Part shown: piece after piece, positions 7,951-16,722 of the stretch | How the letters are laid out: each line of letters starts with the position of its first letter | How positions within the stretch are numbered: the first letter of the stretch is position 1 | Origin: Candidatus Heimdallarchaeota archaeon | Lineage (GTDB): Archaea; Asgardarchaeota; Heimdallarchaeia; Heimdallarchaeales; Heimdallarchaeaceae | Assembly: GCA_030668875.1 (NCBI GenBank) | Contig: DAOVER010000040.1 | Location: 1 to 26,112, forward strand | DNA: 26,112 nt | Reading direction: 5' to 3' | Notes under the pieces: generated by a model | Database searches by the model: none | Told to the model about the DNA's origin: nothing | Seen by the model: only the letters and a program-made list of their open reading frames with translations | Program-made: the position numbers and the translations under genes

Positions 7951-8102
7951 GAAAGATCAGTTCTGATGCAATAAGCAGACTATTAAGAAACAAGGCTATC
8001 ATAAATCTATCAAGATTCTTAATCGCACTTGCTTCCCTATCAGCATTATTCTACGTAGCTTTAGCATCAATATCGGCAATCTATTACTTCGGAGCATATT
8101 AA
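7947..8102 (+). CDS. Small membrane protein (51 aa), cassette ORF5, absent from the ORF track
   Basis: GAGGTGA SD at 7933-7939; ATGA overlap with the ORF4 stop. MRKISSDAISRLLRNKAIINLSRFLIALASLSALFYVALASISAIYYFGAY*: basic N-half, about 28-residue hydrophobic C-half. Confidence 0.7.
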   Translation: MRKISSDAISRLLRNKAIINLSRFLIALASLSALFYVALASISAIYYFGAY

Positions 8103-8114
8103 TCTGAGCTCCAT

Positions 8115-8134
8115 CTTCTCTTTTTCTTTTTTTT
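8115..8134 (+). terminator. Pyrimidine/T-rich archaeal-type terminator closing the cassette
   Basis: cttctctttttctttttttt directly after the ORF5 stop. Confidence 0.55.
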
Positions 8135-8200
8135 AGTCATTTTTGCAGAAATCTTATATTATGCTCCTTCTAATGTTATTTTACTGTATGGTGTAGTAGA

Positions 8201-10513
8201 ATGTCCACTCCCCCTAAAGATGAGTTGATTTTTGTTGAGAAATTGCTTAGGGAAGGGAAACTGGATGAAGCGTTACAATTAGCAAGAGATTTGGAAAATG
8301 TAATAAATCTTGATTTAAACGATAAAATGGAAGCTAAATCCTTACAGTTAGAAATATTATCCATGCAATGTGATCATGAAAGGGTTCTGAAATTGGCTGA
8401 TATGGTGATTAACTTAAGCATCGAGATTAAATTACCCTATCATAGACTTGATGGGTTAATCTTTAAGGCACTATCTCTTGTCAAATTGAAAAAATTTAAT
8501 GAAAGAGATGAAGTAATCAATCAGATAGAAGCTTTGTTAGAACAAGTTAGAAAAGATGAAGATACTCAATTCATAAAGCGTGAAATTCGTTTTCAAATGA
8601 TTAAGGGAGAAGTATTTTTAGATGAGTATGAGTTTGAAAAATCTCTAGAAACATTCAATGAATCTCTGCTTTTAAACGAGAAATTAAACAACATGTATCT
8701 GAATGCTATAATAACAAAGAACATTGCAGATGTGTATTTCTATTATGGGCATTTAGATATCGCTATGCAAAATTATGAAACAAGTTTATCCATCGCAGAA
8801 GAATTAGGGTATAGACAAATTATTGCATTTATTTATCATATGATAGCAGGATTAAAGTTCAAAGAGGATAAACTTAAAGTAGCATTAGAATTTGAAAAGA
8901 AGAGTGGAGATATCTTCAGGGAATTAAATGATGAATACAATTTAGCTTTTAATAGTCAATATCTTGGTTTTCTGTACAAAGGATTAGGCAAATTAGACCA
9001 ATCCTTGGAACATCTTTTAAATGCAAGAAATTATTTCGAGCAAATTGGTCATAAGGCTCGAGTAATTAACGTGTTAATTAACATAATTGGTCTTTATAAA
9101 ACAAAAGGGGATTATGATAAAGCACTTTCAACTCTTGATAAATATTATAATATGAGTGAAGAGCTGGGGGACGAACATTGTTTAGGAATTGCGCATAGAT
9201 GGTATGGCTCAATTTATTGTGATAAAGGAGAACTCGACGAAGCGTTAAAACACTATCAAAAATCATTAGAAATATTCCAAAAATTCAAGACACTTGACAC
9301 TCTAGGTGGTCTCTATTACAGCTTCGGAGATCTTTATCTAAAGAAAGATGAATTAGACAAATCTCTAGAATACCATTTATTAGCTTTAGAGTTTAGAGAA
9401 AAAATGCAGATGGGAGACAAACTTAGCTTAATTGCATTATCTTTGAAATCCTTAGTAGTTCTATATTTGAATTTAGATGAAAACGAAGAAGCTCACAATT
9501 ATCTTGTAAGATTAGAGATTTTTAGTTCAGAGACAGATACTGTAGAGATAGAATATCTATATCTTTTAGCAAAATCTATTTATCTAAAATATCAAGGAGA
9601 AATCGGGACTGCAAATGAGTCTAAGAAGATTTTATTTGATTTAATTCATAAGCAAAATATCAATCACAGCATCTCTGTTGAAGCTATACTGAATCTTTGT
9701 GAACTTCTCCTAATTGAACTTGGTACAACGGAAGATATGTCCATTCTTCTAGAAACAAAAGGATATATCGCTCAACTTATTGAAATTGCTTCGTATAATA
9801 ATCTCTATCCCCTATTAGCTGAAACCTATTTATTACAAGCACAACTAGCTCTTATAGAAATTAAAATTGATGAAGCAAAATACTTTATTTCTAATGCTCA
9901 ACAAATTGCAGAGGAAAAAGGGTTGAGAAGATTAGCTATAATCATTTCTAATGAATATGATATGATTCTAGATAAATTGGACCAGTGGGATGATTTTACA
10001 AGGAAACTCCCCACAGTTGCTGAGAAACTTGAATTAACACATATAGAACAAATACTTAATCAAATGATAAAGAAGAGAATGATTGACACTTCATATGCAG
10101 TAAAAGAAGAAGAGTATCCCATCATGCTGTTTATTCTCAATACATCAGATACAATCCTTTTCACTGAAAATTTTGATGTAGAATTAGAAGAGCAAGATTT
10201 GGAGCAGTTTTTAGAAGTTCTCAAGGAAATAAGATTAGCAGAAAGCAGTGATATTATTCAGAGAAATAGATTCCAGGAATATACATACTTGACAAAAAAT
10301 ATCGATTCCTTTCTATTTTCTTATATTTTTGAAGGTAAAGCTTATTCCAGTATCAATAAGATGAATGCTTTTATTGATGAAATAAAGGATCCTTCTCCCA
10401 TATGGGATATCCTCAAGGATTCTGAAAATACTGGACAACCAATTAGTGTACTTAATAGAATGGCAATATCTCAAACGGTAAATAATATGTTTAAAAGAAA
10501 AAATGAAACATAA
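8201..10513 (+). CDS. Tetratricopeptide repeat protein with conserved linker and C-terminal alpha/beta (longin-like?) domain
   Basis: Repeated TPR-type helices (IADVYFYYGHLDIAMQNYETSL; YGSIYCDKGELDEALKHYQKSL). Paralog at 16723. Confidence 0.85.
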   Translation: MSTPPKDELIFVEKLLREGKLDEALQLARDLENVINLDLNDKMEAKSLQLEILSMQCDHERVLKLADMVINLSIEIKLPYHRLDGLIFKALSLVKLKKFNERDEVINQIEALLEQVRKDEDTQFIKREIRFQMIKGEVFLDEYEFEKSLETFNESLLLNEKLNNMYLNAIITKNIADVYFYYGHLDIAMQNYETSLSIAEELGYRQIIAFIYHMIAGLKFKEDKLKVALEFEKKSGDIFRELNDEYNLAFNSQYLGFLYKGLGKLDQSLEHLLNARNYFEQIGHKARVINVLINIIGLYKTKGDYDKALSTLDKYYNMSEELGDEHCLGIAHRWYGSIYCDKGELDEALKHYQKSLEIFQKFKTLDTLGGLYYSFGDLYLKKDELDKSLEYHLLALEFREKMQMGDKLSLIALSLKSLVVLYLNLDENEEAHNYLVRLEIFSSETDTVEIEYLYLLAKSIYLKYQGEIGTANESKKILFDLIHKQNINHSISVEAILNLCELLLIELGTTEDMSILLETKGYIAQLIEIASYNNLYPLLAETYLLQAQLALIEIKIDEAKYFISNAQQIAEEKGLRRLAIIISNEYDMILDKLDQWDDFTRKLPTVAEKLELTHIEQILNQMIKKRMIDTSYAVKEEEYPIMLFILNTSDTILFTENFDVELEEQDLEQFLEVLKEIRLAESSDIIQRNRFQEYTYLTKNIDSFLFSYIFEGKAYSSINKMNAFIDEIKDPSPIWDILKDSENTGQPISVLNRMAISQTVNNMFKRKNET

Positions 10514-10521
10514 GAGAAAAA

Positions 10522-11430
10522 TTACTTTTTACTCTTACGTTTTTTAAGATTAAGTATTGTTGTTAGAATAAAGACACTTGATAATACTGTTATGAAGAGA
10601 TATGCGGAGGCTGCAGTAACTGGGCATGTACAGTCCCTACACCCAAATAGATTTAGATTAACGGCATCATCCAGTATTATGGCAGATTTGTAGAAATACC
10701 CATTTTCAGTCATTACTGTCATAGATAATATATTTTCAGTTTCATTGTAAGACACAGTAAAATTAACAATCGGACTTCCATTAGGTTCTATTATAGGTTC
10801 TATATATCCACAGCAATAATAACCTGTCATGTCAAAACCCATTATTGGTATGTTTGCTTGAGCTTCCAGTGTATTTGCTGGTGTATCAGTTGTTAAAGAT
10901 CCACCACCTCTACCCCAGCAATCAACTGTATTACAGAAGGACATTGTAGTAGTAGATTTAGTACCATCTAAGTTTTCAGCTTCTACACTTATACTGTTAT
11001 GGTCTCCCGGTAAGAAAACCTCATCTACAGCAATTACAGCATCATATGAATTCCTGTCTTCATCAGGAGCTACATCATCAAATGAACTTTCACTGTCTTC
11101 AGTCACCACAGAAAGTGTGATATTGGAATCAGTATATAATATGTAATACCACGTAACATTGAACCAAATATCTGAAGAATTAAGTTCTGTGGTATTCCAA
11201 TATACTGAAACTTCACTAAGATTAGTTTCATTATCGTAAACTTTGATTCTTAAAATACCAGTAGAAGACATATCTGATAAATCAAAAATAATGACTGGTG
11301 GTGTTGAATCAGCTGCATCGAGGTTTGGAATATCATCCTGGCTATCAGGAGAGGAGTACAAAGTGTTAGTGGAGGTAATTAGAATTAAGCAAACTGTGAC
11401 TAAGAAAAGTATTTTGTATGCTTTTTTCAT
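10522..11430 (-). CDS. Secreted/surface protein with signal peptide and C-terminal membrane anchor
   Basis: MKK + hydrophobic signal; acidic Ser/Thr-rich body; clustered Cys; C-terminal TM followed by KKRKSKK. Confidence 0.8.
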   Translation of the reverse strand: MKKAYKILFLVTVCLILITSTNTLYSSPDSQDDIPNLDAADSTPPVIIFDLSDMSSTGILRIKVYDNETNLSEVSVYWNTTELNSSDIWFNVTWYYILYTDSNITLSVVTEDSESSFDDVAPDEDRNSYDAVIAVDEVFLPGDHNSISVEAENLDGTKSTTTMSFCNTVDCWGRGGGSLTTDTPANTLEAQANIPIMGFDMTGYYCCGYIEPIIEPNGSPIVNFTVSYNETENILSMTVMTENGYFYKSAIILDDAVNLNLFGCRDCTCPVTAASAYLFITVLSSVFILTTILNLKKRKSKK

Positions 11431-11561
11431 AGTAACTAAACAATTCTTTGATAAATTACTTAAACTTTACCCAGTTGTAGTCTGAAAGAAGGAATATATC
11501 AAATATTTTCGTAAAGAAAAATACAACGAACATACTGAATCTTCTCTCAGTTGTAATAACA

Positions 11562-11731
11562 AAGTCTTTTAAAGCCTTGGTAAAAAGAATAGTCAGAGAT
11601 GAGGAAGATAAGGAAATAAAAATTATTCTGTTTTTTCAACATTTCAGAAACTATGCTATTAATTGAAAAGAATCAAACATTCGCAACAATAATACTTGGT
11701 TTTGAATCATAAATAACTACAGATGAAATCA
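11562..11731 (+). promoter_or_regulatory. Promoter and long leader of DEAD-box helicase 1
   Basis: AAGTCTTTTAAA (11562-11573), TGAGGAAGAT (11600-11609) and TTTTTTCAAC (11631-11640) are all repeated upstream of helicase 2. Confidence 0.65.
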
Positions 11732-13003
11732 ATGAAATTTCAAGATTACAACATAAAACAAGAAATAAAACAAGCTTTAGACGAAATGGGGATACATACT
11801 CCAACAGATATACAGGAAAAAGCAATCCCCACAATAATAGAGGGAGAAAAAAGCCATATTTTAGCTCAAGCAAAAACAGGGACAGGGAAAACATTAGCAT
11901 TTTCTATACCCCTAGCTGAGAAACTTGACCCATCACTACGCAATGTACAAGCGGTGATAATGGTCCCAACAAGAGAATTATGTAAACAGGTATATCACGT
12001 AATAAGTGATGTAACAAAATACCGACATCTCAAAGCCGTGGAAGTTTATGGAGGGGTGTCCATAGATCGACAAATACGAAACATTCGATCCGGTGCTCAA
12101 ATAATAATTGCAACTCCCGGAAGACTAATTGATCTATACCATAGAAAAGCGGTAACTTTCAAGAAAGTCAAGTTCGTTGTTCTAGATGAGGCAGATAGGA
12201 TGCTTGATATGGGATTCCTTCCTGATATAGATTTCATTTTATTTGACGCTATGAAAGATGTCTTCCCAAGATTGTTATTGTTCTCTGCTACATTATTAGA
12301 GGAGATAAAGGAAATCGCTTCCGATTTCAGCTGGGGTCAAGAACTAATTGAAATAGATGTCAGCAAGGATGAACTCACCGTTGCTTCTTGCAAGCAATAT
12401 TACTATGAAATTGATGATCCTAAGAAGAAGTACAACGCATTCATCAAAATTCTGCTCAAGGAAAACCCAAAGTCTTGCATCATTTTTGTAAATACGAAAA
12501 GATGGGCAGCAATGCTGAAGAAAAGGCTCATTAACGATAGAAGAATTCAATTGAGAATAGATACACTGCAAGGTGACATGACTCAAAAGCAAAGAGAAAT
12601 AGTAATGAGTAATTTCAGGAAGAACAAGATTACTTGCTTAATTGCTACTGATGTTGCTGCAAGAGGATTAGATATCCCTCATGTATCTCATATATTCAAT
12701 TATGATTTACCTGTCGGAAATGCTGAAAATTACGTTCATAGAATTGGTAGAACATCAAGAATGGAAAGTGTAGGGAAAGCTATCTCAATTGTAGAAAGTG
12801 AACAAATGAATATGATTCGTCGAATTGAATCATTCATGAACAGAGATATACAAAAATCCTACTTAACAGAGAGCGAAAGGAAGAACGATCGTAGTAGAAC
12901 TAATTATTCTCAAAGAAAAACAACTGAACAAGTAACTTACAAAAAAGAAAAAGATGAGGCAGACGAAGATGATCCCTATTTAGCGGATCTTTCTCGTTAT
13001 TAA
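11732..13003 (+). CDS. DEAD-box ATP-dependent RNA helicase (copy 1)
   Basis: Q motif, AKTGTGKT, PTRELC, TPGRL, DEAD, SAT, ATDVAARGLDIP, HRIGRTSR. Start 11732 (or 11723). Confidence 0.97.
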   Translation: MKFQDYNIKQEIKQALDEMGIHTPTDIQEKAIPTIIEGEKSHILAQAKTGTGKTLAFSIPLAEKLDPSLRNVQAVIMVPTRELCKQVYHVISDVTKYRHLKAVEVYGGVSIDRQIRNIRSGAQIIIATPGRLIDLYHRKAVTFKKVKFVVLDEADRMLDMGFLPDIDFILFDAMKDVFPRLLLFSATLLEEIKEIASDFSWGQELIEIDVSKDELTVASCKQYYYEIDDPKKKYNAFIKILLKENPKSCIIFVNTKRWAAMLKKRLINDRRIQLRIDTLQGDMTQKQREIVMSNFRKNKITCLIATDVAARGLDIPHVSHIFNYDLPVGNAENYVHRIGRTSRMESVGKAISIVESEQMNMIRRIESFMNRDIQKSYLTESERKNDRSRTNYSQRKTTEQVTYKKEKDEADEDDPYLADLSRY

Positions 13004-13068
13004 TTCCCCTTTTCAATTTTACCTATTTTTTTATACAAAGAAGGATTTTCTACGAATCTGTTCAATCG

Positions 13069-13254
13069 AAGTCTTTTAAAACACTGCAATAAATGCACAC
13101 TTGTAGTTGAGGAAGATTAGAAATAAGCGATTATTTTGTTAAAGTTTTTTTCAACGCCCTAAATAATTGCTTAGAATCATGCCTTCAAAGAGTTGATACT
13201 TGATTTTAGGTCAGACTATAGAAAATTTAGGTTAAACTATAGATAGTGGTATCA
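13069..13254 (+). promoter_or_regulatory. Promoter and long leader of DEAD-box helicase 2
   Basis: AAGTCTTTTAAA (13069-13080), TGAGGAAGAT (13108-13117), TTTTTTCAAC (13146-13155), in the same order as for copy 1. Confidence 0.65.
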
Positions 13255-14610
13255 ATGAAATTTCAAGATTTAGATATAAATAGTAATATAAAACGCGCAT
13301 TAGATGATATGGGGATTGACACTCCAACTAAAATACAGAGTAGAGCAATTCCTAAACTCCTTGACGGGGGTAGAACACATGTTTTGGCTCAAGCTAAGAC
13401 AGGAACTGGAAAGACACTAGCTTTCTCCATTCCGATAACTAATCAGATTAGCCCAAAGCAAAAAACAGTTCAAGCAGTAGTATTAGTACCTACTAGAGAA
13501 TTGTGCAAACAAGTGTACAGTGTAGTTACTAAATTAAACAAGTATAGAAAATTGAAAACTGTAGAGGTTTATGGTGGAGTCTCTATCGACAGACAAAGAA
13601 AAGAGATTAGAAATGGAGCTCAAATTGTAATAGCTACTCCCGGAAGACTAATGGATCTTTACAGAAGAAAAGCCATCTCTTTTAGAGATGTAAGATTTGT
13701 TGTTTTAGATGAAGCAGATAGAATGCTAGATATGGGTTTCCTACCTGATATAAAGTACATTCTGTTTGACGCAATGAAAGGTGTTTCCCCTCGCTTATTA
13801 CTATTTTCAGCAACAATGCTCAAACAGATAACTAAGATAGCTCGTCAGTTTAGTAATGGTGAAAGGCTTGTTGAGTTAAATGTCAGCAAGGATGATATAA
13901 CAGTAGCTAGCTGTAAGCAGTATTATTATAAAATTAGAGAGGCTGGTCAGAAGTATGCTAGTTTTGTCACCTTACTCAAAATGGAACAACCCAAATCTTC
14001 GATTATTTTTGTTAATACAAGGAGATGGGGCGACAAACTTAAAAAGCGTTTAATACAAGAAAAAGGTCTCAATATGAGATTCAGCTCATTACATGGAGAT
14101 AAAACACAAAACCAAAGAGAACGTGTTTTGAGTGAATTCAGAAAGGAAAATATTGATTGTTTAATAGCTACAAATGTTGCTGCAAGAGGATTAGATATTC
14201 CTCATGTAACCCACATTTTCAATTTTGATATACCGAGAGAAGGACCAGAAATATATGTCCATCGAATAGGAAGAACATCTCGAATGGAAAATGAAGGAAA
14301 GGCAATTTCACTTGTTACTGATGATCAAATGAAAATGATCCGCGAAATAGAAAAATTCATGCAGAAACCAATTCAGAGGCTCTATTTCAGTGAAAATCAG
14401 CAGATTACTATACAAGCAAAATCAAAGAAATCTTCAAACTATGGTGAATCCAAAAAGAAATCCTCTAATTATAGTGGTTCCAAAAGGAAATCTTCAAACT
14501 ATAGTGGATCGCGAAAGAAATCTTCAAACTATGGCGGTTCCAAGAAGAAATCTTCAAACTATGGTGGATCCAAAAAGAAGAGCCCAATTGCTGTACCCGC
14601 AAGTGATTGA
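13255..14610 (+). CDS. DEAD-box ATP-dependent RNA helicase (copy 2) with repetitive basic tail
   Basis: Same motif set (ATNVAARGLDIP, HRIGRTSR). ATG 13255 shares the context tcaATGaaatttcaagatt with copy 1. Confidence 0.97.
   Translation: MKFQDLDINSNIKRALDDMGIDTPTKIQSRAIPKLLDGGRTHVLAQAKTGTGKTLAFSIPITNQISPKQKTVQAVVLVPTRELCKQVYSVVTKLNKYRKLKTVEVYGGVSIDRQRKEIRNGAQIVIATPGRLMDLYRRKAISFRDVRFVVLDEADRMLDMGFLPDIKYILFDAMKGVSPRLLLFSATMLKQITKIARQFSNGERLVELNVSKDDITVASCKQYYYKIREAGQKYASFVTLLKMEQPKSSIIFVNTRRWGDKLKKRLIQEKGLNMRFSSLHGDKTQNQRERVLSEFRKENIDCLIATNVAARGLDIPHVTHIFNFDIPREGPEIYVHRIGRTSRMENEGKAISLVTDDQMKMIREIEKFMQKPIQRLYFSENQQITIQAKSKKSSNYGESKKKSSNYSGSKRKSSNYSGSRKKSSNYGGSKKKSSNYGGSKKKSPIAVPASD
14421..14580 (+). 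repeat. 30-bp tandem repeat, 5 copies plus a partial, encoding KKKSSNY(G/S)GS
   Basis: Units start at 14421, 14451, 14481, 14511, 14541; consensus caaaaagaaatcttcaaactatggtggatc. Confidence 0.95.
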
Positions 14611-14788
14611 ATTGATGTGTTGATTGACAAAATATAGCTGTTAATCCTTTTTTATCCTTTTTACAACTCTTTTCTATTCTTTCTTTTCATAGTTTCTAAT
14701 TTCCTGGAACTTTTTTGTCTTGGTTAACAGAAAAATTAATATGTATCCATAAACTAATACACTTGAGAGTAATAACCAGGTGGTTGAC

Positions 14789-15199
14789 ATGCCCGACATA
14801 AAAGACAGTGAAAAAATAGAAATTCAGCAAATTGCAAAGAATTTCGTTATGCAACTATGGAAAGTCCCATTTAATGTTGGCTTAACCACTTATACTAAAA
14901 CAGCTGAAGCATTGTATGCTCAACACCACAGATGGAAATTTTGTCTTAAATGTGGACAAATAGCTAAAAAGGAGAACTTAACCGAAGGAAAACATGCCTG
15001 TTCTCTGGATTTCAAGGGTTTTCCAATAATCACTGAAACCTCGTGGTACAAACTCAAGCAATTCTTTTTAACAAATGCTTATTCTACTCTTCTGAAGGAA
15101 ATAGGTGTATCTGATCTTATCAAAACCGTTCCAATAAGAACAAAACAAAAAGAACCTGGAATATCTAAAGAAGAAGCTTCTGAAGCAATAGAATCTTAG
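14789..15199 (+). CDS. Hypothetical small zinc-binding protein, paralog 4
   Basis: MPDI start. HHRWKFCLKCG...HAC...FPIITETSWYKLKQFF. Confidence 0.87.
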   Translation: MPDIKDSEKIEIQQIAKNFVMQLWKVPFNVGLTTYTKTAEALYAQHHRWKFCLKCGQIAKKENLTEGKHACSLDFKGFPIITETSWYKLKQFFLTNAYSTLLKEIGVSDLIKTVPIRTKQKEPGISKEEASEAIES

Positions 15200-15257
15200 T
15201 TCTTTCACTGACTCCTCTTTCCTATTTTGTATTTCCTACTCATTTTTTCCAAAAACT

Positions 15258-15339
15258 ATTTATATGTGTCTCAATATAGACACATATGTATGTGAGTGAA
15301 AACGTGCACATACGTGCATTGTATTTTTGGTACATACAT
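15258..15339 (+). promoter_or_regulatory. TATA box overlapped by a 10-bp inverted repeat, plus further CATA/TATG repeats
   Basis: TTTATAT near 15259-15265; ATATGTGTCT (15262-15271), 6-nt spacer, AGACACATAT (15278-15287); CACATA-tg-TATGTG (15281-15294); ACGTGCA at 15302 and 15312. Confidence 0.6.
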
Positions 15340-15355
15340 AAAATGAGGTAAAAAA

Positions 15356-15634
15356 ATGTCGAAATATTTAGCGATCCACCCTTTTCCAGAACCAGCACCA
15401 ATAGAAGCTTTAACACCTGTCGGTCAGGCCGTCAAAGCTCATAGCAATGCTGATGCTTACTGGGTTAAGAGTTGGGCAATATTAAATGAACAAGGTCTTA
15501 TCAAGAAGATTTTGTGTCAATGGGATGCCAAAGATATAGATTCAATTAAAGCAATAATAGATAAAATTCCTAATCTTCCTACAGAAGGGATATTCCCAAT
15601 GGGTATATTTCAAGCAGAAGATTATAGAACTTAA
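15356..15634 (+). CDS. DUF4242-like (SCO4226-type putative Ni-binding) small alpha/beta protein
   Basis: YLAIH...YWVKSW...KILCQWDAKDIDSI follows the DUF4242 pattern. GAGGT SD. Confidence 0.65.
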   Translation: MSKYLAIHPFPEPAPIEALTPVGQAVKAHSNADAYWVKSWAILNEQGLIKKILCQWDAKDIDSIKAIIDKIPNLPTEGIFPMGIFQAEDYRT

Positions 15635-15643
15635 GAGGGTGAA

Positions 15644-16627
15644 ATGATGAAGATAAAAAACAAACTGAAATCAATAATAATTCTGTTTTGTCTCTCTTTA
15701 TTCCTTTTATATTTCCAGATGGGTAATGATGTACTAGCTTTTGATGAAAGCTTGTTAGTACCATCTGACAGAATAGAGATACACTCTGATGAAGTATTTG
15801 AAACCTTAGGTTTTAGTGGGTCTGGTACTGAAACTGATCCTTACATTATCGAGAATCTAGAAATATCAGCTGGAACCTATTACAGTAATATAGATATTGC
15901 CAATACTACGAAGTATTTTATTATTAGAAATTGCCATCTTAAGGGCGGTTATCATGGAATAAAAATAATTGATGTAGCAGAAGGAACGGTTCAGATGTTG
16001 GAAAATCTTTGTGAAGTCAATATGAAATATGGTATATGGCTAGAGAACACTAACGATGTTTACATAGCAAAGAATACGCTTGGACCATATAATACACTTG
16101 GTGTCAGACTTGAAAATTGTTCTTCAGTTACTATCACGGAAAATATTTGTGATGGAAATAATGGCGCGGGAATAATTTTTGCTAATTCTGAAAATATTAC
16201 TGTTACAAGAAATACTGCAAGAAACAATGTCTATATTGGAATAGAAAATAAATATTCAAATGATTCCTTAATAGCTTATAATCAGATAGAATACCAAAGT
16301 GAATCTGGGGTAAAAATAGCCGTTGGAGGTTGTAACAATATAATACACCATAATAATTTCATTAGCAATTTTGCAGGTACAGGTCAGGCACAAGCTACTG
16401 ATCATGGAGCATGCAACATCTGGTATGATGAAACAACACTTGAGGGAAATTACTGGAATGATTGGGACGGTGAAGGTAATTATAGCATTGACGGAACTGC
16501 AAATTGTTGTGATCTTTATCCATTAGCCAAACCATATAGTACAGAAGAAGCAACCTTCCCCTATTACTTGTTTATATTGACTTTTATTCCCATAACTTAC
16601 ATAATTCAAAGAAAGAGGAAACAGTAG
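15644..16627 (+). CDS. NosD-like right-handed parallel beta-helix surface protein with C-terminal anchor
   Basis: Signal peptide; GSGTETDPYIIENL; GIxLxNxxNxxIxxN repeats; IHHNNF...GNYWNDW...DLYPL; TM followed by RKRKQ. Confidence 0.88.
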   Translation: MMKIKNKLKSIIILFCLSLFLLYFQMGNDVLAFDESLLVPSDRIEIHSDEVFETLGFSGSGTETDPYIIENLEISAGTYYSNIDIANTTKYFIIRNCHLKGGYHGIKIIDVAEGTVQMLENLCEVNMKYGIWLENTNDVYIAKNTLGPYNTLGVRLENCSSVTITENICDGNNGAGIIFANSENITVTRNTARNNVYIGIENKYSNDSLIAYNQIEYQSESGVKIAVGGCNNIIHHNNFISNFAGTGQAQATDHGACNIWYDETTLEGNYWNDWDGEGNYSIDGTANCCDLYPLAKPYSTEEATFPYYLFILTFIPITYIIQRKRKQ

Positions 16628-16722
16628 AATTCTCTTTTCTTTATCTTTTTTCTATTTTTTTGGATAAAGTTATAATCAAAGAATGACTCCTATTCATGAT
16701 TCAATACAAGCGTGTTTAACTG

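Noticed and set aside
6724-8145. CATTTTTG at 6724 and 8138 as att sites or TSD of the cassette
   Set aside because: An 8-bp T-rich word expected by chance; no integrase or tRNA target.
14421-14580. 30-bp repeats as a CRISPR array
   Set aside because: No spacers, in-frame coding, synonymous variation between units, no cas genes.
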